Origin: Rotaria socialis
Taxonomy: Eukaryota
Assembly: GCA_905331295.1 (NCBI GenBank)
Contig: CAJNYD010000004.1
Coordinates: forward strand, 1 to 56,658
DNA: 56,658 bases
Direction: 5' to 3'
Part shown: positions 27,301-40,669 of the stretch, one piece after another
How positions within the stretch are numbered: position 1 is the first letter of the stretch
Layout of the letters: every line of letters starts with the position of its first letter
Position numbers and translations under genes: made by a program
The notes under the pieces: generated by a model
Told to the model about the DNA's origin: nothing
What the model saw: the letters and a program-made list of their open reading frames with translations, nothing else
Databases searched by the model: none

Positions 27301-27859
27301 AATACCAACAAGAATAGAGATAAGTGTTTAGGTAGTGGGTGCGATTATTTCATTAAAATGCAATCAGAACCACAACAGCAACATCTAACGAATAGTTTGA
27401 TTCAAATATCACTGCAGATACTACATGCTTGGGGTGCGAAGTGCGTATCAGGAATTTCTGTACAAATAAAGTTGACTTAGCTTAAGTAGAAAAGGTGGAT
27501 TAGTCGTTTTCTCGATATCGAAGGCCTTTTCTCTTTTGTGAAGTAAAAGTCGAAAAAATTTCTTTTAGTTGTCCCTATCCCTTGAAAGCATGCTCTTGTG
27601 CATCCACTAACTCCCTTAATCTAAGGACCTTAGCGTAGTTTTTGAAATCGATTCAAGTAAACAGGCATGCATCTATATAGTATTTTTTCTTTAAATATAT
27701 CTCACAAATCCATGCCATCCGATCAACAATTGTGAAGATATTGCGAAATTCTTTTAGCAGCTTCTTTTAAATTCAGAACTATCTCATGAATTTCCATATG
27801 TGATGAATATCATCTTATATACTTTGTATACTACGTCCTATTTTATTCTAGTCTTTATT

Positions 27860-28330
27860 AATCTGTCCAATTATGCATATGTACTTCACCAATATGTAAA
27901 AGATTATCTACGATTACATTTTAAATCAGCTTCAGAGATGGTCAGGAGAAAAGGCAAGATTGGAAAGGTTGGAAAGGATGATGAACCGAAGAGGTCTATT
28001 TGAAATTTTGTAAATTTCCTATTCTATCCCCTACAATTCTTTTACAGATAAGAATACTAAAAACAATTAACCGATAAAATGAATACGCAAAGTTGGAGAA
28101 CTAAGCGAATGCGGTAGGGCAATCTTGAATGCGTTACATATAAAGAAATTTGAGAGTCCAAATACATCGGACTCGTAGAAAAAAATGAAGTAGTAGCATA
28201 TTTTCTTCTAATCTCCAAGATAATGCCATCTAATTGTTCGACAGGGGAAACATTTTTTTAAAAAAAGGTATCAAACTATTTCTGAAACATTTCAAACTCA
28301 AAAGGTGAATATACGTAAGTACGAAAGAAG
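27860..28330 (+). mobile_element. Possible highly decayed Tc1/mariner transposase relic
   Basis: Scattered frameshifted fragments resembling mariner motifs (RW..., DDEPKRS, KQLTDK, LQDNA...FLKKGIK); no TIR confirmed. Confidence 0.25.
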
Positions 28331-29795
28331 CGAAACAAAGTTATCTGCGTTCCATGGCATATCTAATCTCTGTTTTAATCAAGATCGAAGCAGCGGACTT
28401 TGAAACTTGCAGCTACTACTTTAAGTGATGCACTTCGAAGTATATTTTTACTTAAAATTTGCTTAAACTACTTATTCTTATTACGAACTACTTGAGTAAC
28501 ACTCTGACGTACTTTACGAGTTGAAGTTCACTGTTTCTCCTTCAGTTTACACAGTCGAAGCTCGCTTCATTTTGTGTTTTTATGCTACCTCACAATAGAA
28601 GATCAAGGGTATTCTATTAAAATACGCATTTTTCAATGGGTTCTAGGTAAAAATGAATCCCGGAAATCTTCCAGGGTTGGCCAGGATATTGGGTCTTTAT
28701 TTAGTAAAAGAAACCCTGGAAAATATCCATGTTTGATTTAATAATTTATCAGTAATAATTGAAATTTGAGCTGTTGGGTTACTGAAAAGAGGATACTTAC
28801 ATTTAAATCGATCAGAAGACTTCGGACAAAAACGATAAACTAGGTAGGCTCTGCAAAATCTATTAGAATCTCCAAAGGTGCACTGTACATATTTCAAAAC
28901 GTTCTATTTCATTATTTATTTAATCAACTACGCTGATACTTTATCTGATATTTCTTTCCTGAGCCATTGATTTATTCGTTTATAAGAGTATCGGACGGTT
29001 TTCGACTGTAAATACTATATTAAGTATTATCCAAATCTCTGAAGCGCTTTACTAAAGTTTGAATGAAAATATTCATTTTTGCTATAGCGAGTTTAGTTAT
29101 TGAAACAGAAAACGAATAATTAATGTCACTACTGATTGTCTGATAATGCCCTTTCAATAAATTATTACTGGTACCTTCAATTCATTCATCTTTATCTTTA
29201 TTCACCCTCAAATGTTCACTAAATCGCATTCTTTCTGACTCCGGTCAATATTCTCCTTAAAGAAGGGCACTTTAATGAATTCTCTTTCACCAACTTCTCA
29301 ACTGATTTCAAATATCCTGACGTAAAAACATCATTTTTGTTGTATTTTTATTCCAGAAATATATGTGATTTGTTCTTTATATATAACATATGAATGAAAA
29401 AGAGAAGCTTAATAAACTGAAAAATATCGAATAAAACTCTTGAAATAAAAAAATAACTAACCGTGACGATATTTGATACAAGAGATGCTTGCGTTGATGG
29501 AACTACGCTTTATTTAGCTTCTTCATATCACAAATCGCATCGTTTACATCCACAACACGCGTTTATATATGTCAGCGTCCAATCTCGGATTCAGGTCAAT
29601 CTAAGATTCGCCTAGACCAATGTTAGATGTCAATTATGGCCTAGTCGAAACTGAAATTTCAGATTGGACTAACACTATTTCAGGCCATTGCCGGATTGAT
29701 CAAATATATCCAGTCCAATCTTAGATCGGCCTAAAATTGTTAGGCGAATCTGAGATTCGACTAGTCCAATGTGCTATTCATATATTCTGTAGGCC

Positions 29796-30179
29796 AATCT
29801 TAGATTCGACTAGACTAATGCATAATAAATTCTAACGATAAATTCAAGTAGTAATGAGATAATTAACTGGAACATTATTTTCAACGAAATAGATAATATA
29901 AATACAAGTGAACGTTACAAAACAAAATTCAATTCATGATATAGCAACTATATGAATTGAAAAAACTATCATCAATGTCCCATATTTTTACAATTAGAAC
30001 CTTTTTTATGGCACTTTGTTGAACAGCATACACCATTTTGAATTGAATTTTGTTTTCTAACGTTCACCTGTATTTATATTATCTATTTCGTTGAAAATAA
30101 TGTTCCAGTTAATTATCTCATTACTACTTGAATTTATCGTTAGAATTTATTATGCATTAGTCCAGTCGAATCTAAGATT
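29796..30179. repeat. Long inverted repeat: 141-bp arms (29796-29936 / 30039-30179), 102-bp spacer; 122 bp of the right arm repeated after a single N (30181-30302)
   Basis: Arms are near-perfect reverse complements (about 3 mismatches); preceded by GATTCGNCTAGNCCAAT-type repeats (29575-29820). Confidence 0.85.
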
Positions 30180-32672
30180 NTAACGTTCACTTGTATTTAT
30201 ATTATCTATTTCGTTGAAAATAATGTTCCAGTTAATTATCTCATTACTACTTGAATTTATCGTTAGAATTTATTATGCATTAGTCTAGTCGAATCTAAGA
30301 TTGTAGACATAACAAAAGAAAGATGAGAATAACAGAAAAGATAATCGTGGAGGATGATATATGTTTCGGTCAACAGAAAAAGCAACAAGCTAATCTTAGT
30401 TATAAACACATGAACGGCAATATATATGTTGAAGAGGAAAAGTCAGAAGATAAAGAGTGATGTATGAAAATTCATAATAGAACGTCACACTAACCATAGA
30501 AACTAGTTAATGAATGATTTACGATTATCTTGAAATAGCAACATCTTTTAAATTCTTCATTTGTTTACCCTTTTTGATTTCAGTATAGTTAACCTCTCAA
30601 ATATCCAACTTTCATTTTTTCTCAAATTTTTCAACTAGTTTTATCAGCAGAATATTTCCCCATGCTTTATATTCGGTATGCATATTTACTTGGATAAAAC
30701 CAAGTCAACTTCGAAGTGCACATATTATTCCATGTAGAGCATGTCCAGAAAAAGTTACAAGCTGAATGGCATATTTTTAAGTCAACGAATTCCTGCATTC
30801 ATAAAATGTGTGTTGTCAGTTGTCTATATTGAAGGATGACTGTAACTTGTCGAGTAACATATTTTAAAGACACCATTAGGTTTATTTATTTTTGAGTGCA
30901 AACAGTTAAATAACTTGATACGTTGATGACTATAGGCTCCTAAAAAAATACGATTGCATTTTGAAGAATTTATAAAAAAAAAAAAAAGAAAATATTATCG
31001 TGACTATGGCAATAGATATAAATTTCATAGTATTTTTATCAAATTTTTGTATCAGATCTTCGAAACACATCTTAGTTATTATCGTCTATGTCAAAAATCG
31101 GATTTGTAAATCAATAACAGTGTTAAATTCTTCTACATTCAGAAGAAGCAAAACGTAGAAATTGCTATTCAATCACTCGATAAGGCAATATCGATTTCAT
31201 TGTTCGTAGATATTTCATCAGCGTATATCAGAGTTATATACTGATGGTTTATCTTATGAGTAATTTGAGGTCATCCTATGTTTGTCTTTCTAGAAAGAGA
31301 AAATAACACTATTATGAATCAACTGATGCACCTTCAGTAATACTTTTCTCTATTTGTTTATAATTTAGGTTATTCATATAGTAGCTTTAACGTAAACTAA
31401 TAAACTATGATTCATTTGCGAAGAATTCGCGTATCACGTGCCATCAGAATCACTAGAAACCGATTTGATTGAGCGCAGTTTTTCTACTTTTTAATTTTTT
31501 TTAATAAAATATTAAATCAATACTTTTCAAACCTTCAAAATTGACAAATATTTCATATCACTGACCGTCTTAAGAATACCAGCTGGAATTTAGGTAGTTA
31601 TTATTTAGAAGACGACCAATAGAAAAAAATCCTTATACTTATGATACGGAATACAAAAAAAACTATGACTCATTGGCAGTAACGTTCTTTTTTTATGGCA
31701 CCTGACTTTGTTTTAAAGCGTAAAAGCAAAATAAGCAACCACTGGTTCGAACGCATAATTTTAACATGAAAAATGTACACAAAGATCTGATTTGGAATAT
31801 AGTATTTATCTTTCATCTGTATGGCTATTCTAATTATTATTGCATTGTAATAGATTTTTCGCACGCATGCAAAAAATCTATCAAAATATGCTTGAACTCA
31901 AGTTTGCTCACTTTGTATAATATGAACATTCTTTGAGGTTTATTCTAAACTGTTATTGAAATAAATTCTATTTTTCTTACCACTCATATTTTTTCAACTA
32001 AAACTTGTTTGAAAATTGATTAATCCAAGTATTAGTGCAGCGATTTCGAAAATGTTTTGAAGATTCATTTAATAATAGTAATAAAGAACATTGTTGTAAA
32101 ACCAATGGTGATAAGAAATGTTCATTTTCGATATATTCCAAAGTGAACATCAACATAGAATAAGTATTTATTTTATACTGCATAAAACAGTCATACATGA
32201 TGCGATATGATTCACAATATTAGTCACTCATAATAATATTCATTTTTTCTATTAGTACTTTAGGTTCGTTTCGAAGTACGTGGTGCTTTGTTGTTTTTCG
32301 TTTATGTTTTAAAAACTCCAACGCATTTCTTCCCCCTAACTTCATGATTGTATCGATCATTCATTCATGATAAACACATATTTGATAAATCACTATATTA
32401 TAATTCAAATTGCGTTTCAGAATGAAAACCGTTGAGCTACCAGCAAAAAACATGCTTCGACATAAAGTCGAACGTCATTAGTTTAAAATTTCAAAATTAT
32501 TTTCTTCAAATAAGCTCATCCAATTTTACTTATGGTCAGTGATATATCGAATCTAAATCTATAATCAAAATTATATTTATTGCATTTCAACTTATTGTTT
32601 CTTTCGAAGGAAATTCATATAGTAAAGATTGTAATCAACATATTCTTAAGAACACGATTCCCCCAAGAGACG

Positions 32673-32927
32673 CCATAATAAAATCCCATATTGAAACAGA
32701 TGCTCTATTTTGTACATCAGAACAGCAGTAAAAATAAAAAATAAAAAATCTTTTATGACATATGCTATCGATTGGCGAAAAGACGGACGAAAGCAGTAGT
32801 CAGGCAATTTGACTTTAATTTCGGATAATGTTGGTAATCGATCAGATGTTGTCGGTAATACTGCATTGAGGTCCTGGTCTTCAAGTTGATATTCATCGAG
32901 ATTTGTATGGTACTCTTCCCTTCCCAT
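32673..32927 (-). pseudogene. Truncated methyl-end (delta12/omega-3, FAD2/FAD3-type) fatty acid desaturase, N-terminal part only
   Basis: PTLSEIKVKLPDYCFRPSFRQSIAYVIKD...GILLW fits the omega-desaturase N-terminus (P.F.L.EI...IP.HCF..S...S..YV..D). It stops 8 codons later, with no splice donor or HDCGH box found downstream. Confidence 0.7.
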
Positions 32928-33611
32928 CCTGTCACACTGCTGTTGAGTTAAATGATATGTACTGGCAAAAAAAACAGAAAGTAACGAGTGGCTACGAGAA
33001 ATCTTATGACACATTATTAAAGGAATGTGCTTAGATAACCTGTTTATTTCAATATCAGAAAGCACACCACAGCTGAAACGCGTAAAAGAGAGGAAGAAAA
33101 TACGTATATTTACGCTTTCACACATTTAGAGTATAACGCTAGGCCAAACACAACAAAAAGCGATCCAAGTAATCACACCAGAAGAGAGAACATATATAGT
33201 AGTAACAAAGGATGATATGATCCAAGGAACAGAGAAAAGAAGGAAAAGGTGGTACTGATAAGGTGGAGCCTACAATAATTGGCCACGAAAACAAAATGTG
33301 TGTCCGCACAAATGTATCAGAAGAAAAAGAAACGAAAAATAAAAAAGCAGAAGAATTGATGCACCTGTTCAATCAGCAAAACGTAAGGAAAGAAAAATTG
33401 ATATTACCTATATGAAGTCTATATTCGAATGGATTCCTCATCATGAAAAAAAACATTTGAAGTCGATTATAACATCTGAGATCCCTCGACAAATGATAGA
33501 TCTTATCACTGTTCTGTTCAAATTCATTCATTGTCTGGAGACAAACGACTCCACTTGATAGCATCATGAAAGGTCACATTGAGTGTGGGTGTGGTTCTTC
33601 TTTTATACGGA

Positions 33612-33941
33612 CACACCCAAACCCAAAAAAAGCAGAATATGATCGAAATCTATTATTACATATGAATTAATTTCAATCATATTTAAATAAATACATTTAA
33701 AAAGAAAATAATTGAAATATAGTAATTTTAAGTAATATATAAGATTTGTAAGATATTGCAGATTCAGAGCATGACTACACTGTAAAAAAAATCCGTAGAA
33801 TACTAAACCCTTAAGGGTTGATGAAAGTGCAACGTATAATAAACCCTTTTTCCGTTTTTGAAAATTTTCATAAACCCTAAAGGGTATTTTCCACATAATC
33901 ATAAACCCTTTAAGGGTCTAGAGGGTGTGGGTGTGGGTGTG
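33612..33941. mobile_element. MITE-like element with CAC termini and TGTGGG repeats
   Basis: CACACCCAAACCC at left vs GGGTGTGGGTGTG at right; internal CACTGTAAAAAA end (33778) and three AAACCCT..AGGGT palindromes. Confidence 0.5.
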
Positions 33942-33999
33942 ATTCGGTATTGCCTTATTGAATGAGGAAAAATGAAATTTGGACTGTAGTAGTTTGGAC

Positions 34000-34387
34000 C
34001 AGAGCTGTTCACAGGGCCAATTTTATTGCCCTGCCTGTCATTTTGGGATCGCGGCCCTGTTCTGCCTTGCCCTGCTAATTAAGAAAACTATTTTTCATGC
34101 TTAAATTGAAGCTTAAGTAATTTTTCTTCTTTGAAAAATAATTCAACAAATAGGATAAATGATTAACAAATAACAAATTAGTCCTATATCAATGATTGAA
34201 CCTCACGATCATCACACAAACACAAATTTATCAATCTATTTACTATTTAATAACGACATCTGATTTTTTAGTTTCTTTCACGTTTCCGAGAAAAATAAAA
34301 CTGCTGTTACTTTCAAACGAAAGTCAACACATGCAAAATTTGCAGGGCATGAAGATATAGCCCTGCCCTGTCCTGTGAACACCTATG
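34000..34387. mobile_element. hAT-like MITE
   Basis: TIRs CAGAGCTGTTCACAGG / CATAGGTGTTCACAGG (reverse complement) and GCCCTG subterminal repeats; TSD not recognisable. Confidence 0.65.
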
Positions 34388-36007
34388 ATGCGTAGTATAT
34401 GTGTAAGTTCAACGAATAAGTTACTAACTCATCCAACTTTCTTCAATATTTCAGACTAAACTAAAAATTAAGAACTATACCAATTCACCATATATCATCC
34501 AAAATTTTTATAAAACTGTTGCATCTCTAATAAGAAAACATTTAGTGGATATGAATTAGTTTTTTTCAAAATAAATTTTTCTTGTTGAAGGACGACAGTC
34601 GCATTACACGAAGTCATGCATTGCATCTTTATGGTAACGTTTCTGTATGTGTTTGTGCTAGTTTCTAAAAAACTCAATAAACCTGTAAATAAATGAAATA
34701 TTCAAAGTAGTTAGCTGATGTAATAATCGTAATAAAGTTTAGATATTTGAAGATAGGAAAACTGAACTGAAGGAGAGTGATCGATCAGTTGCACTTAGCA
34801 TTTCTTGTTGACTCAGTAGTCTTAATCAAATAAAAATTCATTGTTCTCATGTACCTAAATCTACTTCAGTCGAATATCAACATCAGTGCATGACTCCTGA
34901 TATTTTAAAAGTATCAGTATTTGTACGAAGAACTTATTAAGGGGTTACCCTTTATTATAGTAATTTACTAATGATGGAAATAGCTATTTCCTTCATTTCA
35001 ATGAGCCATAATTTGTAAGAGTAATTATTAAAAGATTGCCAGCATGATCTAGGGTCTTAGCAGATACGTGTGATGGGACTTTGTATTATTTTTCATCATC
35101 TGTTCGACAACAACAACAACATTGAAAGAGTTGTCAACTTTAGGCAACATATTTGAAATAATAAAATCGTTCAAGTGTAAAAAAAGCACAATAGATGCTT
35201 TCTAAATGAAAATAAGTTTTTGTAAAGTCACTTCAGCTATAAGTACCAACTAAAAATTTGCTGATGAAATTTTAAAACCAGTGGATTATACTACAAAAAT
35301 TTGCTATATTTATTGAAAAAATAATCTTAACAGAATATTGACCTCTTTAACAACCCAAGTTATCTTTGTGGGCTGAGTAGATTAATCAAAAGCTAAAAAT
35401 CCAATGAATCGCACAATGTTTGAAATATTTTCACTAGAAGACTCGATGCTCGCTAGATGTAATTAATCATATGTGGATCTCTTCTCACTGTAGTCGAAAT
35501 TTGTTGAGCTTCTAAAAGTCAACAAATCAATTCTTATATGCAGCGAATACATTCTCAAACTCGTCCGTAAAAAAAAGAATAACCTTGAAAATAAAATCCT
35601 TCTATGACGAATATTTTCACAGCATTAGAAAATTCTGTTAACAGTACTGATGGAAATTTCGTTCTCCCTATCGCGTAGATCTTAATCATGCACTTAATAA
35701 TTTGATGCAAAATTTCGGTTGCTAAAAAAGAAAGAAAATACTTCTCTTGCCAATAGAAGAGTAAACAATGAAACAACTATGCAGAGCAATAGACGAGAGA
35801 AAATGTAAGTCTCACAACAAAAAAAATACTTACATACGACAACGTGACAAAACATTCAATAAGTACAGTATTTTTATTTTCAGTTCTGCAAATGGAATTC
35901 ATACATCGTACACTTTCACTGTACAGTATCTATCTTCACTAGAAAAATACCAGACGATAATGAATGAATAAATTATAATTAGTTGAATTGTTCACCTTTG
36001 CCAATCA

Positions 36008-36916
36008 ATGTCAACTTCATCGATTTCCCCAAAAGTCCAGTTAGCGGTTATTGTGCTATTGTCTATTCTACTCATATGGACTTATAAATCATGTTCGCCA
36101 TTGCCTGTTTCACAATCAACTGTTCCGGCTTTAGTGAATTCACTACTAAACATTTCATTGAACGATACGAACTGTCAACTATCACTCGTAGAAAGTGATG
36201 GATATTTTTGCGAATTGGATTCAGCCTGGATCGAACGTAAACACGTCTATTCTTCTCAGGATAAAGAGAATATGAAGAAACGTCCAGATACAATTTATTT
36301 TGTATCAACTTGGGAGCCGAATTTTCATTGTTCACATGCTCGACGAATGGGCATTATGGGCGACGGTGGAAAATGGGTTTGCGATGTCTATCGATTGAGA
36401 TCACGTGATGATTGTTTAATTTATAGTGCTGGATCGAGCGGTGATTTTGCATTTGAAATTGAGATGAAAAAATTCGTGCCCAATTGTGAAATTCACACCT
36501 TCGATAAAAATCTGTATGTATGTCCGACAAACGTATGCACTTTTCATCAGGTCATATTTGGCGATGGAATTCAGCCGGATGGTTCGAAGAGTTGGACGAG
36601 TATCATTCAAGAGTTGAAGCATACTAATCGATTTATCGAAATTCTTAAAATTGATATTGAAGGTGGCGAATATGCATTCTTTCCTATTCTCTTGAATTCG
36701 AACAAGAATTTACTTCCACGACAAATTCTTATTGAAGTTCATCCGACTAATGTTACCCTTGTTCATGCTTTCTTCGAACGCTTGCGCAGCAATAACTACG
36801 TTATCTTCAGCAAAGAAAACAATCTTTACGCAGGCCCTTATTTTTTTGAGTTTGCTTTTTTGAAATTAAATCCAAGTTTTTTCAATCAATCTCATAATAA
36901 TAATACTCACAAATAA
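36008..36916 (+). CDS. Membrane-anchored SAM-dependent methyltransferase, FkbM/Methyltransf_22 (METTL24-like), intronless
   Basis: 302-aa ORF; N-terminal hydrophobic anchor; WEPNFHC...RMGIMGDGGKWVC, IYSAGSSGDFAFE, CEIHTFD, ILKIDIEGGEY, RQILIEVH, FSKENN. Confidence 0.85.
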   Translation: MSTSSISPKVQLAVIVLLSILLIWTYKSCSPLPVSQSTVPALVNSLLNISLNDTNCQLSLVESDGYFCELDSAWIERKHVYSSQDKENMKKRPDTIYFVSTWEPNFHCSHARRMGIMGDGGKWVCDVYRLRSRDDCLIYSAGSSGDFAFEIEMKKFVPNCEIHTFDKNLYVCPTNVCTFHQVIFGDGIQPDGSKSWTSIIQELKHTNRFIEILKIDIEGGEYAFFPILLNSNKNLLPRQILIEVHPTNVTLVHAFFERLRSNNYVIFSKENNLYAGPYFFEFAFLKLNPSFFNQSHNNNTHK

Positions 36917-37677
36917 ATGTTCAAAATAGGAATCTTCATGAAATCGGATATCGCTCTCAATTGAGCGAGACTCTTGCAAATGTTTGATGTGAGGAAAAAA
37001 CGCACATGACCTCTGCGAAATCCAATTTCAATCGTGTGCTCTGAATTTCGTCGTTTTATAGTCGAATCAAGGGAGAAAACTAGACCATACCTACCCATAA
37101 CATGCTGCAAAAAAAATGTTAGCTATTTCAAGTCTGCTATTCACCTGTGCTACGGTGTATTAGCCGGAGTTCAGCGAGCGAAAGCCTAACTACTTCATTG
37201 TACTCCAATCAAGTAAAATGAAGTGTATGAGCTTTACTATTAGAATGACGTGCACTGGCTGGAGTATGAGGGCCTCGCTTTTCTCTCTTGATTTGAATAA
37301 TTTATTAAATCCTCACTGAGAAATATTTATGTTTTGCAGAGTACCTTCTCAATGTCGTAGAAATGGATATGCTCGCAACGCCCGTTTGCTGACTCATCTG
37401 TTTATTGACAGATAGAACCATTAAAAAAACACTGATAACGAAAGAACTGATGACAAACAATGTTTTGCCTTCGATACATGTGCGTTTGGCATATCAGATA
37501 AACGATATAACATTTTGACGATGATATGTAACGTCGAAATCAGATTTTTTTCTTGTTCTTTCTCTCGCTTTATGTCAACCAAATTCACATAAATCTAGCA
37601 TTTTATTATGTGAATCGCTTGTATGAAATAATCATTAAAAAAAACTGTAATATATAATCGTAAAAGAATTACTAACA

Positions 37678-38568
37678 ATGTATTTACTGATTCTATCTTT
37701 GTTGATCAACTCTGTTCAAACTCAGCAAGATATTTGCTCGTGTTCATGTTGTATTGGTGTGTCGTGCTCTCCTGTTATTGTCGGTTCATTTTCCGTATCA
37801 TCATGTGCAGTAGACACATGTCTTCAACTGTGTCGTACGTCTTACTATCAATGTCAAGCCTATATTCCTAATGGACAAGCTATGGGGCAATGCTCATCGT
37901 CTGTGAGTCCTTTGTACCAGTGTAGATGTGATTGTTGTAATACAGGTTCGACTAGTTGCGTACCATCATTTGTTGGTTACGGTAGTGCATACCAATGTAA
38001 CACTGCTGCCTGTAGTATTTCTTGTGCTTCACAGTATCCAAGTCAATGTGTATCCAATCAAAATGGACAAGTAAGTGGCACATGTACTGGCCCGATTACC
38101 ACAACAACAACGACTACGACGGTTAGAACAAATATTATTGGAACCGGTTATACTTGTTCGTGTATGTGCTGTTCATCAGGTTCTAATTGTGTAGCAAATG
38201 TCGGTGTAGGCTTCACTATAGCATCTCAATGTTCGTCATTATCTTGTACGCAAGCATGTCAAAATCAATATCCAACCTATTGTCCTTCCATACCCTCGTT
38301 GGGTCAAAGTAATGGTATATGTACAAATCAAGTTAACGGAAATATACGTTGTCAGTGTCGATGTTGTACAGCAAACGGATGTCCAACTTATGAGATAAAC
38401 ACCACTGGAGATTGTACATCATGTTCTACGTTATGTCAACAGCAATCGCCTTGCGGTAGTACAAATCCTGCAGCATACACTTGTAGTACAAATACAAATA
38501 AATCAAAACAATCAGTAGAATTTTCCCTTTTAACGATTAGTTTTTTATTAATAGCAGTTTTACTATAA
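37678..38568 (+). CDS. Secreted or GPI-anchored cysteine-rich protein with four 10-Cys repeats, intronless
   Basis: 296-aa ORF; signal peptide; 4 repeats of CxCxCC..C..C..CxxxC..C..C; Thr-rich linker; hydrophobic C-terminal tail; AATAAA at about 38640. Confidence 0.85.
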   Translation: MYLLILSLLINSVQTQQDICSCSCCIGVSCSPVIVGSFSVSSCAVDTCLQLCRTSYYQCQAYIPNGQAMGQCSSSVSPLYQCRCDCCNTGSTSCVPSFVGYGSAYQCNTAACSISCASQYPSQCVSNQNGQVSGTCTGPITTTTTTTTVRTNIIGTGYTCSCMCCSSGSNCVANVGVGFTIASQCSSLSCTQACQNQYPTYCPSIPSLGQSNGICTNQVNGNIRCQCRCCTANGCPTYEINTTGDCTSCSTLCQQQSPCGSTNPAAYTCSTNTNKSKQSVEFSLLTISFLLIAVLL

Positions 38569-40207
38569 AAACTGCTTTTGAAATTACTAAAATGTATGTA
38601 TAACTTAATTGTAACATGATATCGTTTAATATTGATTATAATAAAGTGAAATAGAAAATGATAAGATATTGTATTGGTTTATCCATTAATCTCCGGGTAT
38701 TTATTGAAGTGCCATATGTTGTGAAAATGAAAGACGTAAGAATAAGTAACCAGGTTGACTCATTTTACAAGCATCTATACTGACTTTATCTATAGGTTAA
38801 ATATGTGACAACATTTTTACTCAGGGAGAGTTTCATTAAATAGCGAAATTGACTTTTTACAGCTAGTCAATCTATTTTTATTATACGTTTATATGCTATC
38901 TACAAATGCCGATTTGTACAGCTTGAAGTCTATAAACTTAACAGATGTTTTCAGTTAGCAAAAAAAAACGATTTTCGATTTGGCATAATCAATCATGAAA
39001 TGTGATTTTCTCCTCAAGTCAGCTGATGTCTATTTCAAAATAATTCCTTGTTTGATTAGTTTACCCAGTAAACGTTTACCTCTATAATAGTCATAAAAAA
39101 TCCCGAGATGAATCACTTTCTCCGATATTCTAGTCACAAGATAAGCACGATCCGTTCTGATTTCAAACAGTTTTAAAGCAGCTAGAGCACATGTCGCCCA
39201 TATAGATCATGTATTGGACTTTGAATAGTTCAGCACAAGCAGCAAATCGATCAATGCTTGGTTTCTTATCGGCTTGAAGGTTTTGTTTTTAAATTGCTAT
39301 GAAACAATCTTTTCTTTTTCATTCATATACTTTACGTTCGCATGTACACTTTGAAAGAATCCTTTGAATAAAAGAAACTGATTGGGTCCTTATTCCAATA
39401 CAATGGTACGATCGTTTTTTTTCATTTCAACAAAGAAAAAACTTAATTCACATTGAAACAATGAAGCTTTTATAGAATGATCACAATATCTTCTGATATT
39501 CTGTTGTAAAATTGCTGTTTGTTAATAATTAGAAATATTTCTTACGCGTTATTTTAATATTTTTATGAATGAAATTCTTTGAGTTCGTTGTGTGCTTTTA
39601 GTAATAAAAGAATTCAAATCATAAGTTTCAAAAAAAAGAAACGAACTACTATGAATATTCGTACAGGTTTAACTACAACCAAAAAATGACTCAGATTTTT
39701 TCTAATTATTTGAGGAAATGGATTCGCATTAGATCGGCATCATTCCAGGTTCCAAGTATCAATGCTAACAAATGTCGGCCAAAACTACGTCGCAAATTCG
39801 ACATAGAACGTTTCAGATGTAGATTAATCAAATTCTTCGATTGCACACATTGAAAACAATCTTGCTTCTCTGCTATAATATGTCTTCTCGGGAATAGTAT
39901 TGAGTGTTTTTTTCTGCCACAAAGAGAACAATATCAACCCAATAGTCATGCTATTTGGAACTGATTTACATATGTTTCGAAGCAGTAAATGTGTAACGAA
40001 TAGGATTGGCTTCCAACGATTCAAATAATCAGAAACATTGGCTGAATTTTGTTTTTCGGGCCTTTTTCTTGAAGCTTTCCGCGATAGACAAATATCGAAA
40101 TACGAAAAAAAAAATATTTCGATGTTGACAGTCACTATTTAAGTTCTGTTGCGAATTGTAAAGAAACGAATCTTATAATAATTCGACGATCATTAGTAAG
40201 ACAAAAA

Positions 40208-40669
40208 ATGCAAAAGAATAGTCTAGTTCTAGTTGTAAGCTATTGTTTTCTTATACTTGACTTAATGTTTGACAATAAAGAATAAATTCCTTTGATATAG
40301 TGTTTGTTTCATCTTGGCTTGGTAGCTTTTGCAGACGAAGCAGCGAATGCAATAGAAACCGCATGCGAAAGTGTAGCAAACAAAACACAATCGGCTGGCA
40401 TTATTCTTGAAGTAGTGTCTAATGTTGTGAGTGCCAATCGAGAACTACCAAACGATTCGCTCACTAGCAAATATTTAGAAGAGCCCACAAATATCATGCT
40501 ATTATCAATGCCTGGTGACGGATGTAAGACTTTCTTCACGCTTTTAAAAACAATAATTCAACGAGATTTGACAACTGGCGGAAAGACGGCTGAATCAGCT
40601 ACAACGGCTGCTAATGCACTCATCGAAATTGCTCTCAAGCCGTTCGCACCCATCGTAGAAAAAAAATAG
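40208..40669 (+). CDS. Small secreted alpha-helical protein of unknown function, 2 exons, 131 aa
   Basis: Exon 40208-40234 (MQKNSLVLV), GTAAGC..ATAG intron, exon 40301-40669. Splicing completes a signal peptide MQKNSLVLVCLFHLGLVAFA; AATAAA at 40741. Confidence 0.75.
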
